Source: a virus
IMG/VR virus record: IMGVR_UViG_3300020045_010841
Coordinates: 68,389-132,388 of that record
DNA length: 64,000 nt
Reading direction: 5' to 3' (one strand)
A program made the translations under genes and the position numbers. Position 1 is the stretch's first letter. Each line of letters starts with the position of its first letter. The notes beneath the pieces are model-generated. The model saw only the letters and a list, made by a program, of their open reading frames with translations. It made no database searches and had not been told where the DNA came from. Positions 57,554 to 64,000 of the stretch are shown here, piece by piece.

Positions 57554-59173
57554 TTACTCTTGTTTAATTCTATCTTCTCGTTTCTCGTATACTAAGTTAT
57601 TAGTAGTCAATATTGTTCCTGCAACTGAGCTAGCATTTAATAATGCACATCTTGATACCTTTAATGGGTCTAAAATTCCCATTTTTTTCATATCAACAAT
57701 AGTTTCTGTTTTTAAATCATAACCATTCCAATTTTTTAACACTTTACCTGGTATTAATTGTGATGCTAATTCTTCAATTTTATCCGTTTTGTATCCAGCA
57801 TTTAATAAAATTCGTTCAAATGGAGCATGACATGCATGTAATACAATTTTCTGTCCTAAGGCAATATCGATGTTATCACTAAATTTAATTTCGTGACTAG
57901 CATACATTAATGCAACACCACCACCAGGTAAAATACCTTCTTCAAGTGCCGATTTTGTAGCGAATAATGCATCTTCCACTCTATCTTTCTTTTCCTCGAT
58001 TTCTAATTCACTATTACCCCCAACAGAAATAACAGCAACTCCTCCTACCATTCTTCCTAAACGTTCTTGTAGTTTCTCTTTTTCGAACATCGAAGCAGCA
58101 TTATCAATTTGGGTTTTGATTTCTTCAGCACGTTTTTCAATAGCTTCCTCAGTACAATCACCATCTACAATAGTAGTTTGTTCTTTAGAAATATTTACTG
58201 TACGAGCAGTACCAAGATATTTATCATAATCTAAATTACTAATTTTATCTAATTTTATTCCTTTTTCAGGAGAAATAACTACACCTCCAACCACAATAGC
58301 GATATCTTCTAAAATTGCTGTTCTTCTATCACCAAAATCAAGGGCTTTAACTGCTACAGAATTCACAATCCCCCTCATTTTATTTAAAAGCATTGTTGAT
58401 AATGCCTCACCCTCTATATCTTCAGCAATAATAAGAAGTGGGCGTTGTTCTAAACTCGCTTTATTCATAACCCCAACAACATCTTGTGATGATGTCATTC
58501 TTCCATTATATATTAATATTAATGGTTTTTCTAATAAAGCCGTCATGTTATTATTGTCTGTAACAAAGTATGGAGATTTATATCCTCTGTCAAATTGCAT
58601 TCCTTCCACAACTTCCAATGAAGTCTCTCCGGATTTGGATTTTTCAATGGATACTACACCTTCTCTACCAACTTTATCTATTGCTGTTGCAATTAGTTCT
58701 CCGATTTCAGGATCATTATTCCCAGAAATAGTTGCTACTTCTTTAATTTGAGAATCTTCAGTTATATCAACTTTGATATTTTTTAAAGCATCAATAACTT
58801 GTTTAACACCATCATCAATTCCTTTTTTAACTTGAATTGCATTGTTTGCGGGACCTATCTCTTTAAACCCCAATTCTATCATGGTTGTTGCCAACAAAGT
58901 AGCCGTTGTTGTTCCATCTCCTGCTTCAGCAGCAGACTTCATGGATACTTTTTTAACCATTTGACAACCTTGGTCTTCTACTTCATCTTCTAATTCAAGA
59001 AAAGATTTAGCAACAGAAACCCCATCTTTTGTTGTTTTTATTTTACCATATTGATCTTTAATAAGAACGGTTCTACCAAAGGGGCCTAAAGTATCAGCTA
59101 CGGCTTCATTTAATTGTTTAACACCTCTATATAGACCATCTTTTAATTCTTGCCCACTTACTGTTTTAGTCAT
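57554..59173 (-). CDS. groEL: chaperonin GroEL (phage-encoded)
   Basis: [50 protein letters not shown]. Confidence 0.95.
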   Translation of the reverse strand: MTKTVSGQELKDGLYRGVKQLNEAVADTLGPFGRTVLIKDQYGKIKTTKDGVSVAKSFLELEDEVEDQGCQMVKKVSMKSAAEAGDGTTTATLLATTMIELGFKEIGPANNAIQVKKGIDDGVKQVIDALKNIKVDITEDSQIKEVATISGNNDPEIGELIATAIDKVGREGVVSIEKSKSGETSLEVVEGMQFDRGYKSPYFVTDNNNMTALLEKPLILIYNGRMTSSQDVVGVMNKASLEQRPLLIIAEDIEGEALSTMLLNKMRGIVNSVAVKALDFGDRRTAILEDIAIVVGGVVISPEKGIKLDKISNLDYDKYLGTARTVNISKEQTTIVDGDCTEEAIEKRAEEIKTQIDNAASMFEKEKLQERLGRMVGGVAVISVGGNSELEIEEKKDRVEDALFATKSALEEGILPGGGVALMYASHEIKFSDNIDIALGQKIVLHACHAPFERILLNAGYKTDKIEELASQLIPGKVLKNWNGYDLKTETIVDMKKMGILDPLKVSRCALLNASSVAGTILTTNNLVYEKREDRIKQE

Positions 59174-59175
59174 AT

Positions 59176-59481
59176 TTATTCTTCTATTGTTTCTATTGAT
59201 GCTGGTATGTCAGTTATTGAACACACATAAAAATCTTCTCGATCTAATGTTACTTTTTGACTTCCCATACTAGGAAATAAAACTACATCCCCAATTTTAA
59301 ATTTCATGGGAGCAAATGTTCCCATATTGAAATTATATATAGGAGCTATATCTACAACTATTGCTTGCATAGATTTTGAATTTCCTAAGTCTGGAATGAT
59401 TATATTCCCGTAACTTTGTTCCCCCTCTTCAATGGGTTTTAGAATAGCCTGACCGTGATTTGGTACTAGTTTTTTACTCAT
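59176..59481 (-). CDS. groES: co-chaperonin GroES
   Basis: GNIIIPD, KIGDVVLFP; adjacent to groEL. Confidence 0.85.
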   Translation of the reverse strand: MSKKLVPNHGQAILKPIEEGEQSYGNIIIPDLGNSKSMQAIVVDIAPIYNFNMGTFAPMKFKIGDVVLFPSMGSQKVTLDREDFYVCSITDIPASIETIEE

Positions 59482-59798
59482 TATAAAAATTGATTATTTA
59501 ATTTATTTATTACTTCTTTATATTCATCTATATATTCTCTTAAAAGATATACACTTTTTCTCCCAGGTTGAGTATTAATTTGTAGTTTTGCAATTTTGAA
59601 TAAAGCTCCACCTAAAGTGCCATAATACCCTATAGTTTTGTCTTTTGCTATTGGAGATGGTTGTAGAACTTCATATTGATGTTCGGTGATTTTAATATAA
59701 TAATTTCCTAATAAAGGATCTTTAATAGATAATCCTTCATCACCTTCTACTTTACGAGGTCTGCCTTTCCCAAATTTTGTTACTACTGCTGTTTCCAT
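59481..59798 (-). CDS. hypothetical protein with AT-hook-like motif
   Basis: GKGRPRK. Confidence 0.65.
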   Translation of the reverse strand: METAVVTKFGKGRPRKVEGDEGLSIKDPLLGNYYIKITEHQYEVLQPSPIAKDKTIGYYGTLGGALFKIAKLQINTQPGRKSVYLLREYIDEYKEVINKLNNQFL

Positions 59799-59807
59799 AA
59801 TCTTTAT

Positions 59808-60014
59808 TTATATTAATTGTTTTTGTAAATGTTCTATTAATAATTTTATTCCTGCTTGATCTAAATAAAATGTTGAATACTCATCATATTCAGATAAACA
59901 CATTTCTATTTCACCATCTTTATCTCTACTAAAAATATCCAAAGTTTTTCTGCGCCATCTTAATGTTAAATCAGTATAATCAGTATCGGGGTATAATATT
60001 TCATGTTCTTCCAT
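59808..60014 (-). CDS. hypothetical protein
   Basis: ORF. Confidence 0.55.
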   Translation of the reverse strand: MEEHEILYPDTDYTDLTLRWRRKTLDIFSRDKDGEIEMCLSEYDEYSTFYLDQAGIKLLIEHLQKQLI

Positions 60015-60262
60015 AATTATCCTATTTTTCTTAATGAACCTACTGTCATTGGTTTATAAGAAGTTGCACCAAATAATCTACGTTTGTAATTATCGACAGG
60101 CTTATTATTTCGTTCTTTCCAAAATGCTATTTTTTCTTCTTGAGATTTTTCCACAACTTATTTATTTAAATTTCTATACTATGAATATACGATAAAATTT
60201 TTAATAATCCAACTTATTTTTCTTAATAAATCTATTAATATATAAGAAGAAAGGAAATATCG

Positions 60263-60985
60263 TCAGTTCTTCAACGGAACTATGTAATATATTACATCAA
60301 TTGAATCTTCTATAGTATGAATTTTAACTATTCCCATAGGATATATTGACATCTCTATTTCTGCGTCTTTATTGTTAGATATTATTTCTCTAATATTACT
60401 AACAGAGTAAGTAAATTTTGGTAGTTCATTGTGTATTTTTGTGGGTTGAGTGAAAGTGATCTTATTAGCATAACGTTCATTCAAACCTATGGTAAACCTA
60501 AGACTGTTTATACCCAATTTATCTTTATCAGATTTGATATTAAAAGTTTCCACCTTAAGTAAAGCGTTGTGACCCTTAATAAATCTAGTTATAAATTCTT
60601 GATCTATAGTCAGAACTATTGATGGTTCAGGCATTTGATTAGATAATTTCCCCTCACTTATTAATCCTAAATCCCCTAAATTATAAGATAAATCAAATTG
60701 GTTATCTTTTATTTCAAGCTTCATCGCTTTATCTTGATTTTTAATAACTTCAAGTTGAATAGGGTCATTTGTAATACTAACTAATTTATATAATTGCGTT
60801 AAATCATACACCCCCAATTCTATATCTTCTAGATCAATTTCTGATGTTAGTTCCCCAATACAATCTTTTAATTCTGTACTAAAATTCACTTTAAGTCTTT
60901 TATCACTGATTTTCCATCTCACTTTCTCAGTTAATCCTCCAAGATATTGCTTTTCAATTATTTTAATTAGTTGGTTTTTCTTCAT
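60263..60985 (-). CDS. putative sliding clamp (T4 gp45-like)
   Basis: 240 aa, ELGVYDLTQLYKL pattern, located between polymerase and clamp loader. Confidence 0.65.
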   Translation of the reverse strand: MKKNQLIKIIEKQYLGGLTEKVRWKISDKRLKVNFSTELKDCIGELTSEIDLEDIELGVYDLTQLYKLVSITNDPIQLEVIKNQDKAMKLEIKDNQFDLSYNLGDLGLISEGKLSNQMPEPSIVLTIDQEFITRFIKGHNALLKVETFNIKSDKDKLGINSLRFTIGLNERYANKITFTQPTKIHNELPKFTYSVSNIREIISNNKDAEIEMSIYPMGIVKIHTIEDSIDVIYYIVPLKN

Positions 60986-61160
60986 ATTATTTTAATATAG
61001 GTTCAAATGTTTTGGAATCATATACTATCATTAAATTGTCGTTATATTTTTTTGTTATGTTCTTCTAAATCATCCCATATACTCCTATCTCTTGCTCCAA
61101 TGTTTTTAAGAAATAATTCTATATTTTTTCTAGATAATTCTTTAAGTGGATTATTTACTT

Positions 61161-61376
61161 TCACTGCAAATCATATAAATGTTTCCAAACTATAGTATCT
61201 CCTGTCGCAATATAATAAATTCCATCTAATATAAATCCACCAAATATAAAATAGAATGCCAAAAACATAAAACCTACGAACGCTACAACAATCGTAAAAG
61301 GAATTAATAGTATTCCTAATAATCTATCTAATGGTGTTTTAGGATCAAAAATATCAACATTTTTAAATAATTTCAT
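61161..61376 (-). CDS. small membrane protein
   Basis: hydrophobic ORF downstream of promoter. Confidence 0.6.
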   Translation of the reverse strand: MKLFKNVDIFDPKTPLDRLLGILLIPFTIVVAFVGFMFLAFYFIFGGFILDGIYYIATGDTIVWKHLYDLQ

Positions 61377-61431
61377 AACTTATATTTTTATTTGAGTAAA
61401 TATACGAATTTAAATTTTATAATCCAAATCT

Positions 61432-62337
61432 TTAATCAAAACTAAAATAATCTGATATAAATGAGTTGTATACTACTGAACCATATTTTAAATCTTGATA
61501 AATTTTGTCTATTTTATTTTGTAAAACACTTTCGAATAATTTGTTTTTATCAATATATTCATCCACTAATTCTGTTATAAAAGGAGGATCATCATATCCT
61601 TTTAATGCAATCATATCTATTTGATATGGGTTTATTTTAAGATACGCTAAATATATTTTATCTCCAAGTTGAATTTGAGAGTGTTTTTTTTCTAATTTAT
61701 TAAATTTCAATAAATCATTATATCTAATAGCCCCCTTAGTGTTTGGTGGTGCCTTTTTACGTAAAGTAGAAAATATTTTACCGGCAGGAGGAGGACACTC
61801 AATATATTCACCAATTTTTTTAATTCCTGTAGGTTTACATAATTTTAACCAAGGGACATAATTTATAGAATCCCTAAATTCAATAATAAATTTATCTACT
61901 TCCGCTTTATTAGTACTAAATAATACTTTTTTAATCATTTCTTCCCCAAATCCTTTAAAATATGAGGGGAAATTTGATTTCATAATATCAAGACCCATCA
62001 CAACCATTTTTTCAAATGGTATACCTTCTTTATCAACCATAAATTGAGCATAACGTCTTTTTCCAGAGAAATATGCACTTTGGAAGATAAACTCTGGTTT
62101 TAAATCGAAATAATGCATATCACAATTAAGTATATCTTTAGCTATAACGCTTTGATAATCATTCAATATTTGTCCTATTTCTTTTTGTAATATCTTAGTT
62201 TTAGGTAATACTTCTTCCTTATTATTTAAATCTAAATCAGGAAATTGTTTTTTTAAAATCGGCACAAAACTCAATATTATACTATCTGTGTCGCTGACTT
62301 GTATATATTTATTTTCTTTTTGTATATCGAAATTCAT
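61432..62337 (-). CDS. family B DNA polymerase, C-terminal part (split gene)
   Basis: begins at motif C (SDTDS), GKRRYA, GLDIMKSNFP; lacks exonuclease and motifs A/B. Confidence 0.85.
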   Translation of the reverse strand: MNFDIQKENKYIQVSDTDSIILSFVPILKKQFPDLDLNNKEEVLPKTKILQKEIGQILNDYQSVIAKDILNCDMHYFDLKPEFIFQSAYFSGKRRYAQFMVDKEGIPFEKMVVMGLDIMKSNFPSYFKGFGEEMIKKVLFSTNKAEVDKFIIEFRDSINYVPWLKLCKPTGIKKIGEYIECPPPAGKIFSTLRKKAPPNTKGAIRYNDLLKFNKLEKKHSQIQLGDKIYLAYLKINPYQIDMIALKGYDDPPFITELVDEYIDKNKLFESVLQNKIDKIYQDLKYGSVVYNSFISDYFSFD

Positions 62338-62426
62338 CTATGTATGATTTGAATGATAGTAATCTCGACCAAAAGTATTTATTAATTGTTGCCAAACTAA
62401 TAATAAGGCCATTTTAATACATTTTA

Positions 62427-62738
62427 TCATTTTATTATATAATTTAAACCTCTGTTTAACGCTACTTCTAAACAATCTTCATATATTAACCAAGGACCAT
62501 CTTCCCAATCTACTTTAGGAGCGTTAATAAAATAAACGACATAATCATATTCTATATTCCCTTCATCATCTTGGAAACACTCAATGTTAATATCAATTTT
62601 ATGAATTTCTCTTAACCATTTTTGTAGTAAAGATTGAGTTGGAAGTTTATCTCTAAAATTATATCCTAATAATATAGGATGATATCCCTTATTTGATGCT
62701 AGTACAGCTGTCTCAAAACTTATTAATCTTTCTTCCAT
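62427..62738 (-). CDS. hypothetical protein (distantly like 38002-38397)
   Basis: ISFETA.LA..KGY...PTQSLLQKWLRE. Confidence 0.7.
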   Translation of the reverse strand: MEERLISFETAVLASNKGYHPILLGYNFRDKLPTQSLLQKWLREIHKIDINIECFQDDEGNIEYDYVVYFINAPKVDWEDGPWLIYEDCLEVALNRGLNYIIK

Positions 62739-62927
62739 ATCTATTTTACGTAATCTTTATAAGCAATATAATCTTCTTCTTTTTCCGGTTCATCATCAAT
62801 CAAACCTAATTCTCTTAAATGATCATGCATGAATGGATCTAGATCCCAATGTACTTCACTTTCTTTTTGTCCTACACTAACATAAGATTCTATATCTTGT
62901 ATTTGTTTTTTCAACATTTCATTCTCC

Positions 62928-63155
62928 TTAACCCATCAACCTGTGAGGCCGTGAGCAATACTGGCCGGGACGTGGCAGCTTCTTCCAGTCGGCGCGAATG
63001 TAAACCGCTTTGATGGTTGGCCAGCGCACAATTTCGTCTCTCAGCATTTCAGGGCAAGTTTCTTTAATTGATGACGTAAGGGAGTCAGGCCAAGACAATA
63101 CCCACTTACACCTATAGGATTGCCCGTCAAACTGAAATGCGCAAGCGGCTCTCAT
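62928..63155 (-). CDS. hypothetical protein (GC-rich segment)
   Basis: ATGA overlap with upstream ORF. Confidence 0.5.
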   Translation of the reverse strand: MRAACAFQFDGQSYRCKWVLSWPDSLTSSIKETCPEMLRDEIVRWPTIKAVYIRADWKKLPRPGQYCSRPHRLMG

Positions 63156-63373
63156 TGATGAGTCACCTTTACTGTAACCGAACCATCAAGGGTCGTACAA
63201 TACCGTTCAAGCCCAATAGACACCTGAGCTTTTGGATACCCCAACCGTAAGCACTCGGCATCTGCATAAAGTTTAACCGGCCCCCATACAATTACCGTAT
63301 AAAGAAAAAAAACCCCCAAGATGGCAATAACCAATGTCATAGGCCACCAAAAAAAATCTTCAAAGCCTCTCAT
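63152..63373 (-). CDS. small membrane protein (GC-rich segment)
   Basis: TM helix, then AECLRLGYP...RYC; GGAG SD upstream. Confidence 0.6.
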   Translation of the reverse strand: MRGFEDFFWWPMTLVIAILGVFFLYTVIVWGPVKLYADAECLRLGYPKAQVSIGLERYCTTLDGSVTVKVTHQ

Positions 63374-63594
63374 TTTAATCTCCCCCTATATTCAATCCAC
63401 ACCCACCCCAACAAAACAATAGGCCATGCGACGAAAAAGAGAATCTTTATTTCCCATGACGAAAGAAACCTTTTTAAATGCTTTTCTTTTGGCAGCAATC
63501 CATTTACGGCTTGCCCAATTTCCTCAAATTGCCATAATGCAAACAGAGTTGTTGCTCCAGCCCACAAATACACCAATACCAAGATTAAAGTCAT
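63370..63594 (-). CDS. small membrane protein (GC-rich segment)
   Basis: two hydrophobic segments; AGGAGG SD upstream. Confidence 0.6.
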   Translation of the reverse strand: MTLILVLVYLWAGATTLFALWQFEEIGQAVNGLLPKEKHLKRFLSSWEIKILFFVAWPIVLLGWVWIEYRGRLK

Positions 63595-63730
63595 TACGCC
63601 TCCTGAATTGTAGGTGAGTGGTGGCAGGATTCAAACCTGCTGGCGGTCTAAGATGCACCACCATGTATATCCCTTGCTTAAGGGGAATCTGGTGCATGCA
63701 AATGCGTATCTCACTACGCCGCACCACTCG

Positions 63731-63994
63731 TTAATCATTGGCCGTCTTTACGGCTGCCCCCTTGAGTTTAATCAGTTCCCGCATAGCCGCATCCGACACG
63801 CCGCCATGATGCAGGATGAAAATTTCTGCGGCACGCGATATCGAGTAGTTCAGTATCGGCGTGTAATCCTTTGGCGATACCTTGGTGATGCGTAACTGGC
63901 CGGCACGCATTTCGATCAGGCTCACATCACCATTGCGATGCGACTTGACGACTAGGGCATGACGCCCGTTATTTCGGTTGCGCAGGATCATCAA
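63731..63994 (-). CDS. hypothetical protein (GC-rich segment, may be 5'-truncated by the window)
   Basis: ORF at window edge. Confidence 0.5.
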   Translation of the reverse strand: MMILRNRNNGRHALVVKSHRNGDVSLIEMRAGQLRITKVSPKDYTPILNYSISRAAEIFILHHGGVSDAAMRELIKLKGAAVKTAND

Positions 63995-64000
63995 AATGGC

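Noticed and set aside
780-63895. All plus-strand ORFs in the track
   Set aside because: They are antisense shadows of minus-strand genes, with no recognisable motifs or promoters

Overview
AT-rich segment of a large (jumbo/T4-like replication module) lytic phage, read almost entirely on the minus strand. The host is probably Bacteroidota: there are no Shine-Dalgarno motifs, a DUF4494-like gene is present, and about 35 copies of a TTCGTATATTTAC promoter resemble the Bacteroidota -7 box. Layout: (1) 2.7-9.4 kb holds an array of about 27 tRNAs covering all 20 amino acids, interleaved with HNH endonucleases, aberrant tRNA-like RNAs and short leader ORFs, and headed by a putative leader-peptide attenuator. 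(2) 9.7-40 kb is an early/accessory region of small genes, about 32 of which encode unrelated or distantly related 64-97 aa proteins that all end in the same C-terminal tag, EPQYEIY-stop. This tag family is the most striking unexplained system in the window. The region also has denV, DNA ligase, thioredoxin and several candidate structured ncRNAs. (3) 41-53 kb has a glycosyltransferase cluster and a NAMPT/PRS-like (NARP1-type) NAD+ module. (4) 53-62.3 kb has a PD-(D/E)XK nuclease, clamp loader, GroEL/GroES, sliding clamp and a separately encoded C-terminal half of a family B DNA polymerase. (5) At about 62.93 kb the sequence switches abruptly to GC-rich, SD-using DNA of different origin. All calls come from reading the sequence by eye; no database searches or folding programs were run.
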